From contig JBBCAX010000318.1 in assembly GCA_051382335.1 (NCBI GenBank), positions 1-16,852 of the forward strand: DNA of 16,852 nucleotides, read 5' to 3'. The notes below the pieces were generated by a model, which saw nothing but the letters and a program-made list of their open reading frames with translations, made no database searches and had not been told where the DNA came from. The translations under genes and the position numbers were made by a program. Shown piece by piece: positions 16,843-16,852 of this stretch; the first letter of the stretch is position 1, and each line of letters begins with the position of its first letter. This DNA is from Deltaproteobacteria bacterium TL4. GTDB lineage: Bacteria; SAR324; NAC60-12.

Positions 16843-16852
16843 ATGAAAAAAG
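16843..16852 (+). CDS. Start of a divergent gene running off the window
   Basis: GGAG at 16831 followed by ATGAAAAAAG at 16843. Confidence 0.5.

Overview
Bacterial chromosomal window with an accessory left part and a conserved-looking right part. Left (1-5940): a large lipoprotein gene split by a single frameshift near 1431, a ~105-bp TATAG-ended MITE/REP-like palindrome, a DUF4336 gene, and an IS200/IS605 (IS609-like) element. The element keeps an intact RNA-guided nuclease TnpB and an intact right end/omega-RNA, but its divergent tnpA is cut off at the ribosome-binding site of a Dyp-type peroxidase. An orphan OmpR/BaeR-type response regulator follows the peroxidase. Right (5970-16852, minus strand, in transcription order): a SEC-C-motif protein, then prkA1 - membrane-anchored coiled-coil (DUF1640/CCDC90-like) - yeaH/DUF444 (vWA MIDAS) - spoVR - prkA2, then a LysM-repeat N-acetylmuramoyl-L-alanine amidase. 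The most interesting candidate system is the operon with two divergent PrkA AAA+ ATPases, a vWA partner, SpoVR and a repeat-expanded membrane tether, with an internal terminator-like hairpin. All product calls come from motif recognition by eye; no database search was run.
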